Part shown: one piece after another, positions 54,789 through 63,714 of the stretch
How positions within the stretch are numbered: the stretch's first letter is position 1
Layout of the letters: every line of letters begins with the position of its first letter
Source of the DNA: an uncultured Bacteroidales bacterium
GTDB lineage: Bacteria; Bacteroidota; Bacteroidia; Bacteroidales; WCHB1-69
NCBI GenBank assembly: GCA_937901455.1
Contig: CALDIA010000088.1
Location: 1,479-65,478, forward strand
Direction of reading: 5' to 3'
DNA: 64,000 nt
Notes under the pieces: model-generated
Database searches by the model: none
The model's input: only the letters and a program-made list of their open reading frames with translations
What the model was told of the DNA's origin: nothing
Position numbers and translations under genes: made by a program

Positions 54789-56888
54789 TTATTCTTTTTT
54801 CAGCCATTGGTCAAGCCAGCGGAAGAACTCGCGTTGCCAGAGTATGGCGTTTTGGGGTTTTGAGACGAAGTGACACTCATCGGGGAAGAATAGGAAACGG
54901 CTGGGGATTCCTTGGATCTGGGCCGCGTCAAAGGCCTGCATACCTTCTGTGTAGGGGATGCGGAAATCGTTTCCGCCATGGATGACCAGGATGGGTGTGT
55001 CCCAATTGCCGACAAACTTATGAGGCGAGAAATCGTAACTTTTGGGGGTTGGGTTCTTCCAGTAGGGCCCTTCAATGTCGTGGTTGGCGAAGAAGAGTTC
55101 CTCGGTGGTGTTGTACCAGCTTTCAAAGTTGAACATGCCGCAATGGGCGATGAAGGCCTTGAAGCGTTTTTCATGGTGTCCGGCGAGCCAATAGACGGAG
55201 AATCCGCCGAAACTGGCACCTACACAACCTAACCGGTTTTCATCGACATAGGGCTCCTTGGCGATGGCGTCAATGGCGGAGAGGTAGTCGCGCATGCACT
55301 GGCCACCGTAGTCACCGCTGATGGCATCGTTCCACTCGCTGCCGAAGCCGGGCAGGCCGCGACGGTTGGGGGCTACCACAATGTAGTCGTGGGCGGCCAT
55401 CATCTGGAAATTCCAGCGGTAGGAGAAGAACTGGCTCACGGACGACTGCGGGCCGCCTTGGCAGTAGAGCAGGGCAGGGTAGGTCTTCGTGGAGTCAAAG
55501 TTGGGTGGCAAAATCACCCACACCAACATGTTCTTGCCGTCGGTGGTCTTCACCCAACGCTTCTCGGATCTCGCCGGCACAATCTGGTCCAGCACCTCCT
55601 TGTTGATGAAACTCAGCTGCTTCACCGACTTGTCTTTCAAGCTCACGCTGAAGATTTCTGATGGAACCGCATGCGTGGTGCGCGTCACGATGAGCCGGTC
55701 ACCGCATACCTCCAAGGTGTTGTAGTCGTAATCCCCGTCGGTGAGCTGCTCGAAGGTCTTGGTGGCCAAATCCAGACAATAAATCTGGTAGGTGGCCTCC
55801 TTGCAGGAGGTGAAGAAGATCTTGCCTCCATCCGCACTCCACCCGAAGTTGGTGGCATCCTGGTCAAAACCGGTGCTGTAGTCAGTGGCCTTTTGGGTGG
55901 TAAAGTCATAGACCATCAGGCTGTGTTTCTCCGACTCGAAACCGTCGGTTTTCATGTTCCACCACACCAGCTTGTTTCCGTCAGGAGAGAAGACGGGGTC
56001 CATGTCGTAGCCCTTGTTGTCTTCAGTCAGGTTGACCGTCTTCCGCGAAACCAGGTCGTAGAGATACAGGTCGGTGTTGGTGCTCTCGGCGAAGTTCTTG
56101 CCGATGAGTTTCTTGCAGCAATAGACCAGCTGCTTGCCATCGGGGCGCCAGGCCACCTCCTCCATGCCGCCGAAAGGCGGGTTGGGAGCGTGAAAGCGTT
56201 TCCCTTCCAACAGGTCCACTGGCTTGTCCATCTTGGGATAGTCGGCAACAAAGAGATGACTGTAGGTGCCGTCAGCCCAGTAGTTCCAGTGACGATACAT
56301 GAGGTCGTCGTAGATCATGGCGTTGGCCTCCGGCAGATCGGAATAGCGTTGTGCAATGGTAGGGTCCAGGCGCACGTTCATCGCGTAACAGACATGTTTC
56401 ATGTCAGGAGCGTAGCTGAAAGAGTTGATGGCGCCATCCACATGCGTGAGTTGTTTTACATGAGACCCGTCAGGGTCGCACTCAAAAATCTGCATGCCAT
56501 TATCGTCAGGGTAGAGGAAGGCAATCTTCTTGCCGTCAGGGCGCCATATCGGCTGCGCCTCGTCTGCAGCAGTGGCAGTGATACGAGTCGGCTCTCCCCC
56601 CTCAACGGGCATGGTGTACAACTCCGCATTGCCCTTGTTGGCATGGTAATCGTAGTACTTGACACTGTAAAGAAGCGTCTTGCCATCGGGCGAAACCTGC
56701 ACGTCTGACAAGCGGCCGAGGTACCAGAGGATCTGCTCGTCCATCACATGCTTGGAGAAGTCCGGGACCTCGCGGTTCTCTTTGGTGATGAGCTCCGCAT
56801 CTTTCCTATCCGCTTTTTTGTTCTGACAACTGGCTAAGGTCATAAAAATACAAGTTAAAAGTATGAGATTCCGTTTCATAATGAGCAT
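54789..56888 (-). CDS. S9 family serine peptidase (prolyl oligopeptidase / acylaminoacyl-peptidase-like) with N-terminal beta-propeller
   Basis: 699 aa, with a lipoprotein-like signal 'LTCIFMTLASCQ' after M4. The catalytic 'GASFGGF' is followed by 'HGGNDFRIP' and 'ECHFV', the Ser-Asp-His order of S9. Confidence 0.85.
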   Translation of the reverse strand: MLIMKRNLILLTCIFMTLASCQNKKADRKDAELITKENREVPDFSKHVMDEQILWYLGRLSDVQVSPDGKTLLYSVKYYDYHANKGNAELYTMPVEGGEPTRITATAADEAQPIWRPDGKKIAFLYPDDNGMQIFECDPDGSHVKQLTHVDGAINSFSYAPDMKHVCYAMNVRLDPTIAQRYSDLPEANAMIYDDLMYRHWNYWADGTYSHLFVADYPKMDKPVDLLEGKRFHAPNPPFGGMEEVAWRPDGKQLVYCCKKLIGKNFAESTNTDLYLYDLVSRKTVNLTEDNKGYDMDPVFSPDGNKLVWWNMKTDGFESEKHSLMVYDFTTQKATDYSTGFDQDATNFGWSADGGKIFFTSCKEATYQIYCLDLATKTFEQLTDGDYDYNTLEVCGDRLIVTRTTHAVPSEIFSVSLKDKSVKQLSFINKEVLDQIVPARSEKRWVKTTDGKNMLVWVILPPNFDSTKTYPALLYCQGGPQSSVSQFFSYRWNFQMMAAHDYIVVAPNRRGLPGFGSEWNDAISGDYGGQCMRDYLSAIDAIAKEPYVDENRLGCVGASFGGFSVYWLAGHHEKRFKAFIAHCGMFNFESWYNTTEELFFANHDIEGPYWKNPTPKSYDFSPHKFVGNWDTPILVIHGGNDFRIPYTEGMQAFDAAQIQGIPSRFLFFPDECHFVSKPQNAILWQREFFRWLDQWLKKE

Positions 56889-57236
56889 GTTTATAAAAAA
56901 ACCGCATCTTGATTTTGCAACGGCAAAGATATGTTTTTTTCCCGATAAGTGTTCAAGGAGTCTGACAATTCTGATAATAAAGCAAGCTGAAGTCGCATTT
57001 TTTGTTTTGAAATACTGAATGCCAATCTCATTTTTGCGAGAGAATACCGAAAAGGGACCCCGCTAAATATTGCTGGCTTCCTGAAATTCAAAAAAAACTC
57101 CGCCATAGGACAAGACAAAAATTTTAGTTTGGTGCAAGTATTTGATTAAATACTTACACCCGACTGAAATTTTTGTCATGTACTAAGTTTCTTTTTGCAT
57201 AATTCTTCATGCATATTGTCAAATCCATATTTTTGC

Positions 57237-57244
57237 TATTTTTG
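57237..57244 (+). promoter_or_regulatory. Candidate -7 box for the T9SS type-B gene (a second copy lies at 57228-57235)
   Basis: TATTTTTG occurs twice in tandem ('ccatatttttgctatttttgcc'). The proximal copy ends 28 nt upstream of ATG 57272. Confidence 0.35.
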
Positions 57245-57271
57245 CCGATTCCGTTAACGAAAAAAAACAGC

Positions 57272-59953
57272 ATGTTAAAGCATATAAAAAAAACATTTGC
57301 CGTGATTTTGTGGATCGGTCTTTGGACCTCCGTGGGAGCCCAGATTGACAATCTGTTCTGGTTTGCTGCTCCGTATATTTCTCCGAATCACGCGCATAAT
57401 CCTATCACTTTCTGTTTTACGTCTTTCAGCAGTCCAGCAACCATTACCGTGTCCCAGCCGGCCAATCCAAGTTTTGCACCGGTTGTTATTAACCTGAACC
57501 CCTATAGCCTTTATACGTTGGATGTGACCAGTCAGGAGAACATTGTGCAGACCAATCCTGTGAATACGGTATGTAACTATGGTTTTAAGATTACATCCAC
57601 TTCTAATATCACGGTTTATTACCAGTTGGGAGCCAATAATAGCGAGATTTACACGTTGAAAGGGCGCAACGGGTTGGGTACGGATTTCATTGTACCTATG
57701 CAGAATTATTTGGTTTGCGGACCTCCCTCGGATGCTATGAACAGCATTGAGATTGTGGCCACCGAGAACAATACGGTGGTGACCATTGTCCCATCGCAGC
57801 CGTTGGCGGGAGGACTGCCGGCCAACATTCCCATCATTGTCACGTTGAATGCCGGCCAGTCGTATAGCATCAAGTCAGCGAATCAGACTGCTGCTGGGCA
57901 TCTGACCAACACGCGTATTACTTCCAATAAGCCTATAGCGGTTAACTCCACGGATGATTCAGTGGCAAGCAACCAAGTGGCGGGCTATTCTGGACAAGAT
58001 TTGGTGGGAGAACAGCTTGTGCCGATAGAATATGCGGGCGATTTGTTCATTGCCATGTACAACAATCGTCAGTTTGAGAATCTCAGTATTATTCCCACCC
58101 AGGATACTACCCATGTCTATATCAACGGTAATCCGACCCCTGTTGTCACACTGAATGTGGGACAGAGCTACACCTATATGCCCAGCAACTCGCCGACCAT
58201 TGCCACGATGATTACCTCAGACAAGCCAATACAAGTTTTTCAGCTTACAGGATCTGACGGTGAGGCAGGCGGCACCCAGCTGCCTGCATTGGGATGTACT
58301 GGTTCCCAAGAGGTGGTTTATGCCCGCCCCTCCTATTCAACCCACATGCGCCTTTCCATTGTGGTGCCCACATCCTACGTGAGCGGCTTCACCATGACTT
58401 GTGGTGCCAACAATATTCCATTGCCCGCTACGGCTTTCACACAACTACCCTACAATCCGAATTGGTCGTACTTGTATCAGGATTTTTCTAGTCAGGTGCC
58501 CACCCAAAACGTGATGATCATCCAGAATAGTATCGGGCCTTTCCATTTGGGCATCTTGGACTACTACTCTGGCATGTCCTCCTCGTTGGGCTATTTTAGC
58601 GACTACAACAGCAATGGGCGTATCAGCCTGATGATGAATGATGTGTATTGTCTGCACGATAGCATTCCTTTTGAATATTACGCGGACAACGTGGATTCGA
58701 TTCGCTTAATTACTCCTGCGGGCGACACGCTGACCCAGGAGCCCTATGTGTTGCAAGATATCTCCATGGCAGATACGGGTCTCTATTATATTATTGCCCA
58801 CAGTATCATCGGGTGTGAAAACACCTGGGTGTACGACAGTATCTATGTGCATATTGTCAATTCGTATAAACCCAACCTCGGTCCTGACCGCTACTTGTGC
58901 AATGGGGAGTACATCTTCTTAGGCACTACATACGATGAACCCGACGCCAACTATCTCTGGAATACCGGTGATGTCAGCGACTCCATTATGGTGCTGGCAT
59001 CTGGAGAATATATCCTTAACGTGTTGCTGGAGGGCACAGGGGCCTCTTCTACCTGCCAGAGTGCTGATACTGTCAACCTTTTCTATTATCCACAGCCATA
59101 TGCAAAGTTTGAGGCCGACAAAGTATCGGGTTGCTCACCTATGACCATACATTTCACCAATATGTCAACACCCGACACCCTTTCTTTTACTAGTGTGTGG
59201 ACCGTCTGGAACCAAAACGGGGAGGTGTTGTACTCCTCTGTTGAGGAATCCCCTTCATGGGATTTCAACGATAACGGCACCTATACTGTCAAATTGTTGG
59301 TGTTTTCTCAAGACGGATGTGTGGATTCGCTCATCATGTGGGATTACATTCACGTTTATCCACAACCGGAACTTGACTTTTTGGCTGACCCTGAAATCTC
59401 TATGATGCATGATAACAATGGTACGGTGCAGTTCACCTCTTACCTGTCGGCCAATGTGGTTGGCAACCCTTCCAATCATCTGGTATGGGATTTTGGCGAC
59501 GGCGAAACCGAAGAACAAGACTATAACCCAAGTCATACCTATGCTACATGGGGCGACTACATAGTGACCCTGTCGCTTTCCACAGATGAAGGCTGTTCTG
59601 ATCAAGTGAGCCACACTGTAGTGATTGAAGACGAGTTGATTTTCCCGAATGTGATTACGCCTAATGAGGATGGTGCTAACGATGTGTGGGCTATCGGCAA
59701 TTTGAACACGAGTATCAACCCGGAAGATCCTGACGAGTATCGCCACAACGAGTTGCTGATCTACAACCGCTGGGGTAAGCTGGTGTATAAGGCAGAGAAT
59801 TACGATACATACTCGGTCAATGGCCAGATTACTGTGGGTGAGCATGCCTTCACGGGAGAGGGCTTGTCGGACGGGGTTTACTATTACTCTTTCTATTACA
59901 AGGGCAAGGCCAAAACTACCAAATATAATGGATCGTTGACCATTATACGTTAG
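57272..59953 (+). CDS. T9SS type-B C-terminal-domain protein with IgGFc-binding-like beta-helix N-domain and PKD domains
   Basis: 893 aa from ATG 57272, with signal 'MLKHIKKTFAVILWIGLWTSVGAQ'. The N-region has repeated 'ITS.KPI.V' strands. There are two PKD-like units ('WDFGDGETEEQ..PSHTYATWGDYIVTL'). The C-terminus 'LIFPNVITPNEDGANDVW...LLIYNRWGKLVYKAENY...GVYYYSFYY' is a gliding-motility type-B CTD. Confidence 0.8.
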   Translation: MLKHIKKTFAVILWIGLWTSVGAQIDNLFWFAAPYISPNHAHNPITFCFTSFSSPATITVSQPANPSFAPVVINLNPYSLYTLDVTSQENIVQTNPVNTVCNYGFKITSTSNITVYYQLGANNSEIYTLKGRNGLGTDFIVPMQNYLVCGPPSDAMNSIEIVATENNTVVTIVPSQPLAGGLPANIPIIVTLNAGQSYSIKSANQTAAGHLTNTRITSNKPIAVNSTDDSVASNQVAGYSGQDLVGEQLVPIEYAGDLFIAMYNNRQFENLSIIPTQDTTHVYINGNPTPVVTLNVGQSYTYMPSNSPTIATMITSDKPIQVFQLTGSDGEAGGTQLPALGCTGSQEVVYARPSYSTHMRLSIVVPTSYVSGFTMTCGANNIPLPATAFTQLPYNPNWSYLYQDFSSQVPTQNVMIIQNSIGPFHLGILDYYSGMSSSLGYFSDYNSNGRISLMMNDVYCLHDSIPFEYYADNVDSIRLITPAGDTLTQEPYVLQDISMADTGLYYIIAHSIIGCENTWVYDSIYVHIVNSYKPNLGPDRYLCNGEYIFLGTTYDEPDANYLWNTGDVSDSIMVLASGEYILNVLLEGTGASSTCQSADTVNLFYYPQPYAKFEADKVSGCSPMTIHFTNMSTPDTLSFTSVWTVWNQNGEVLYSSVEESPSWDFNDNGTYTVKLLVFSQDGCVDSLIMWDYIHVYPQPELDFLADPEISMMHDNNGTVQFTSYLSANVVGNPSNHLVWDFGDGETEEQDYNPSHTYATWGDYIVTLSLSTDEGCSDQVSHTVVIEDELIFPNVITPNEDGANDVWAIGNLNTSINPEDPDEYRHNELLIYNRWGKLVYKAENYDTYSVNGQITVGEHAFTGEGLSDGVYYYSFYYKGKAKTTKYNGSLTIIR

Positions 59954-60713
59954 GCAGGATGCGTTCCCAAGGGTAGCTTACATCAGTAAGAAACAAGGCT
60001 TGTGCTGGCATGGAAGTGCCTGCAGAGCAGCGGTTTTTCTCTTCTATGATGAGTTGAAACTCGGCCACCGTGAGCTTGCCTAATCCGACATCCAGCAGTG
60101 TGCCTACGATGGCGCGCACCATGTTGCGCAAAAATCGCTTCGCGGTGATGGTGAAAACCAGCTCGTCGCCATGTACAGTCCATTCGGCCTTAGAGATATG
60201 GCAGATGAAGTTGTTGACTTGGGTGTGAACCTTGCTAAAGCTGGTGAAATCCTCATATTGCAGCAGCAGGGCAGCAGCCTCGTTCATCCTGTTCACGTCC
60301 GGTTTTCGGAAGCTAAAATACCGAAGATGTGACAGGAAGGGGTCTTTTTGAGTGGAGATGAAGTACTGGTAGGTGCGCTCGATGGCGTCAAAGCGGGCAT
60401 GGGCCTCTGGCTGGACTGGGAAGATGCGGTAGATAACAATCTCTGACGACAAATAGTTGTTGAATTTGTCCTTGAAAATGTCGCAGTCGCCTAAAGTCAC
60501 ACGCTCTGGCAGGTCGAAGTGGGCGAAGTAGGAGGTGCTGTGCACACCGGTGTCGGTACGGCCGCATCCAGTGATGGGGATACGCTCGCAGTGGAGTAAT
60601 AACGACAGTCCACGTTCTAATGTTTCCTGCACTGACGGATGGTGAGGCTGGATCTGCCACCCGAAAAAGGCGGCGCCGTTATAGGCCAAGTGTATGAAGT
60701 ACCGCATTGCCAT
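59943..60713 (-). CDS. truA: tRNA pseudouridine(38-40) synthase
   Basis: It has 'MRYFIHLAYNGAAFFGWQIQP' and the catalytic 'GCGRTDTGVHS'. The ATG at 60713 overlaps the upstream TGA by 1 nt; ATG 60707 is an alternative. The 3' end overlaps the convergent T9SS-B gene by 11 nt. Confidence 0.9.
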   Translation of the reverse strand: MAMRYFIHLAYNGAAFFGWQIQPHHPSVQETLERGLSLLLHCERIPITGCGRTDTGVHSTSYFAHFDLPERVTLGDCDIFKDKFNNYLSSEIVIYRIFPVQPEAHARFDAIERTYQYFISTQKDPFLSHLRYFSFRKPDVNRMNEAAALLLQYEDFTSFSKVHTQVNNFICHISKAEWTVHGDELVFTITAKRFLRNMVRAIVGTLLDVGLGKLTVAEFQLIIEEKNRCSAGTSMPAQALFLTDVSYPWERILPNV

Positions 60714-61963
60714 CAGTTTTTCAAAGCTTCTTTGATTATCTTCACAATATAGTGGGCATCCTCCTCCGTGACGCATGGACCACTGGGGAGGCAGAGACCC
60801 TGTTTGAAGAGGGATTCAGAGGTGCCATTGGTGTAGGCGGGACAACGTTGGAAGACGGGTTGCTTGTGCATGGGTTTCCAGAGAGGGCGAGCCTCAATGC
60901 CTTTCTGGTCAAGGAATAGGCGCATAGCCTCCACGTTGGGGTTTGGTTCACAGTCGGTATGGGTGCTGGAGGAGGCATGTACTACACCTCCCGCCCCGCC
61001 CACGGCCCCTTGCACGCCAGTTTGGTAGGCTTCCTCCTGGCCATAAACTTTTAGGTTCGGGTCCAGAAGAATCGTGCTGAGCCAGTAGTTGGACTCATAG
61101 TGGCGGTCAGGTTCACCGTGTACGGTAATGCCCTCCACAGACTGTAATAGCTCGGAATAGATTCTGAAAAGGCGTCGGTGGTGGGCAATGTGTTCTTCGA
61201 GCACCGACATCTGGCCGCGACCGATACCCGCACATATATTGCTCATCCGGTAGTTATAGCCGATTTCCTCGTGCTGGTAGTACGGATAGGCCTCGCGCGC
61301 CTGGGTGGCCAAAAACATGATATGCTGCCAATCCTCTTCATCAGGGCACACCAGCGCACCTCCGCCAGAGGTGGTTATCATCTTGTTGCCATTGAAACTC
61401 AATACCCCGTAGCGCCCAAAGGTACCCAGCACCTGACCATCATAGCGTGAACCAAAACCCTCAGCAGCATCCTCCAGAACGGGGATGTCGTACCGATGGG
61501 CAATCTCTATGATGCGGTGTATTTCGTAGGGCATGCCATATAAGGCTACTGGGATGATGGCCTTCGGCTTGCGGCCAGTCCGCTCGAGACGGTCGATGAT
61601 GGCCTTTTCCAACAAAACTGGATCCATGTTCCAGCTGTGCGGCTCGCTGTCCACAAAGACTGGAAGAGCTCCCAGATAGGTGACAGGGTTGGCGGAGGCA
61701 CAAAAGGTGAAACTCTGCACCAAGACCTCATCGCCCGGCTGTACACCACAAGCTATGAGCGCCAAGTGCACCGCGGCAGTGCCCGATGAAAGTGCGACAA
61801 CCCGTTTGCCCTGCCCGACAAAAGCTTCCAAGTCTTTTTCAAAAGCATTCACATTAGGTCCTAAGGGTACTACCCAGTTGGTGTCGAAGGCCTCCTTGAC
61901 ATATTGCTGCTCAAGGCCGGCCTCGCTCATGTGTGCCAAACAGAGGTATATTCGTTTTTCCAT
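60713..61963 (-). CDS. DegT/DnrJ/EryC1/StrS family PLP-dependent sugar aminotransferase
   Basis: 416 aa from ATG 61963 with 'EQQYVKEAFDTNWVVPLGPNV.AFE', 'SSGTAAVHLAL', 'DAAEGFGS' and 'SFNGNKMITTSGGGAL' (PLP Lys context). Confidence 0.85.
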   Translation of the reverse strand: MEKRIYLCLAHMSEAGLEQQYVKEAFDTNWVVPLGPNVNAFEKDLEAFVGQGKRVVALSSGTAAVHLALIACGVQPGDEVLVQSFTFCASANPVTYLGALPVFVDSEPHSWNMDPVLLEKAIIDRLERTGRKPKAIIPVALYGMPYEIHRIIEIAHRYDIPVLEDAAEGFGSRYDGQVLGTFGRYGVLSFNGNKMITTSGGGALVCPDEEDWQHIMFLATQAREAYPYYQHEEIGYNYRMSNICAGIGRGQMSVLEEHIAHHRRLFRIYSELLQSVEGITVHGEPDRHYESNYWLSTILLDPNLKVYGQEEAYQTGVQGAVGGAGGVVHASSSTHTDCEPNPNVEAMRLFLDQKGIEARPLWKPMHKQPVFQRCPAYTNGTSESLFKQGLCLPSGPCVTEEDAHYIVKIIKEALKN

Positions 61964-62029
61964 AGTAAGGTCCTTTTTTTGAAACCGCAAAAATAGGAAA
62001 AAAGTGGGAATGGTGCCAGAGGTTTATCC

Positions 62030-62641
62030 TCACAAAAGTTCTCCTGCGTACCTCATCTTGCTTCCCGTCACTGTAGCAAGGATGATTTTAATGTCGGTCC
62101 AGAAGGAGTAGTTGTGGAGATAGTGGCGGTTAAGTCGCACTTTGTCGGGGAAGATAACCTCATCGTTGTATTGTTGCGGATTATCAACGGCAGCGAGAAG
62201 TTCTTCCTCATGGCGGTATTTTAATGACGCCGGCCCAGTGATGCCAGGTCGTAGTTGCAATACCTCGCGGTCATCGCCCGTCAGTCTGTCGGCATAGCCA
62301 GGTACATCGGGGCGCGGGCCCACGAAACTCATGTCCCCGATAAGCACATTCCACAATTCGGGGAGTTCGTCGAGTTTGTATTTGCGCAGCGTTGCGCCCA
62401 AGGGCGTGATGCGCGACTCGCCTGCAACAGAAACCGACGATCCCCCGTGGTCCACTACCATCGATCGAAATTTGTAAATAGTGAACAAACTGCCCTGTCG
62501 GCCTACCCGCTGCTGGGTGAACAAAACCGGCCCCCCGGGCATCTTCACCTTGATAAGAATGGCCACTATTAATAATAGCGGACTGAGACAAACAAGTCCC
62601 AGCAGCGAGACAATCCGGTCGAATAGGTATTTTATGATCAT
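62030..62641 (-). CDS. Small monotopic sugar-phosphate (phosphoglycosyl) transferase, PglC/WbaP C-domain type
   Basis: 203 aa from ATG 62641 with 'LFDRIVSLLGLVCLSPLLLIVAILIK', 'FTIYKFRSM' and 'DELPELWNVLIGDMSFVGPRP'. The ATG overlaps the GT2 stop (ATGA). The 106-codon extension in the ORF track lies inside the GT2 gene. Confidence 0.85.
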   Translation of the reverse strand: MIIKYLFDRIVSLLGLVCLSPLLLIVAILIKVKMPGGPVLFTQQRVGRQGSLFTIYKFRSMVVDHGGSSVSVAGESRITPLGATLRKYKLDELPELWNVLIGDMSFVGPRPDVPGYADRLTGDDREVLQLRPGITGPASLKYRHEEELLAAVDNPQQYNDEVIFPDKVRLNRHYLHNYSFWTDIKIILATVTGSKMRYAGELL

Positions 62642-63651
62642 ATCCTGTTTTTCTGCTTTAAAAAGGGTAGTGATAGCAGTCCTGCCAATGAACCGAGGCC
62701 ATAGGAGAGATGAAGGACGAAAAAACTCTCCACCAGTCGGAGAAAGTTGAGCTTTTTGGTGCGATACAGTCCCAAACTGACACCGCCCACCAATAGGATG
62801 TAAGCAACTAAACTGGCAATGCCAATCATCCATAGCGGATGCCAGAAGAAGCCGGCGATCAACGGGAGCAATAGAGACAACACGAAGCATAGCGGGACAA
62901 AATGCCGCAGAGATAGAGAACGCAATTCTTTGGTGTAATACACGGTCAGGATGTTCCATTTGCCATTGCGGAAGTTGTTGATGAAAAGCTCTTTGAAGGA
63001 CTCTCGGGCATAGTAGGTGCAGAAGGTGTCAGGGATGAGATAGATGGTCCCGCCGCCACGGAGAATTCTCTTGTTGAGCTCAATATCCTGGTTGCGCACT
63101 AATCTTTCATCATAGAGTCCGTATTTTTGGAAGGTCTCTTTAGGCCAGCAACCGAATGGTACGGTGTCCACCCGCTGTGCTTTGGTGATACCCGTTCTAA
63201 AGAGGGAATTACCCACTCCGAGACGATGGCTGAGTACCTCTTTAATCGCTAAAGTCTTGGGGCTTTTGTTCAGCACGTCGGTGCGGCACGGGGCACCGAT
63301 GTTGTCGGCCTTTAATTCGTCAAGGCATCGTGTCAGGATGGTAAAATAGTCGGCGGGGTAGTCGGCATGGGCGTCCAAGCGCATGATGACTTCCCCGTGG
63401 GCAGCCTCAATGCCCCGGTTCATGGCGCACGGGGCGATGCGGTCTGGATTGTCTATGAGGCAGAAGTAAGGGTGTTGCTCTATATAGTCGCTAATCAATG
63501 CCCGCGTACGATCAGTGCTCATACCATCTATCAACAGTACCTCCAATTGATCCTTGGGGTAGTCTTGCGCAATGATGGAGTCCAAACACTTGGCTATGTA
63601 TTTTTCTTCGTTATAAATAGGACAGATAACAGTAAGCATAGGGGTGAGCAA
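62638..63651 (-). CDS. Glycosyltransferase family 2 with C-terminal membrane segments
   Basis: 337 aa with 'TVICPIYNEEKYIAKCLDSIIAQDY', 'LIDGMSTD' and 'MRLDAHA' (DxD / DxH-type GT-A motifs). Confidence 0.85.
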   Translation of the reverse strand: MLTPMLTVICPIYNEEKYIAKCLDSIIAQDYPKDQLEVLLIDGMSTDRTRALISDYIEQHPYFCLIDNPDRIAPCAMNRGIEAAHGEVIMRLDAHADYPADYFTILTRCLDELKADNIGAPCRTDVLNKSPKTLAIKEVLSHRLGVGNSLFRTGITKAQRVDTVPFGCWPKETFQKYGLYDERLVRNQDIELNKRILRGGGTIYLIPDTFCTYYARESFKELFINNFRNGKWNILTVYYTKELRSLSLRHFVPLCFVLSLLLPLIAGFFWHPLWMIGIASLVAYILLVGGVSLGLYRTKKLNFLRLVESFFVLHLSYGLGSLAGLLSLPFLKQKNRI

Positions 63652-63698
63652 TCCTGATGGAATTGAAAAATCAATGCAGCAAAAATAATATTTTTTTC

Positions 63699-63706
63699 TA
63701 TTTTTG
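63699..63706 (+). promoter_or_regulatory. Possible -7 box for the ABC ATPase gene (very short leader implied)
   Basis: TATTTTTG ends only 9 nt upstream of ATG 63715. Either the mRNA is nearly leaderless or this is a chance match. Confidence 0.25.
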
Positions 63707-63714
63707 CACCTCTT

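Noticed and set aside
62642-62959. A 106-codon N-terminal extension of the sugar-transferase ORF in the ORF track.
   Set aside because: The extension lies inside the GT2 gene in another frame and is not protein-like. The family's conserved N-terminus 'MIIKYLFDRIVSL' starts exactly at the ATGA overlap with the GT2 stop.
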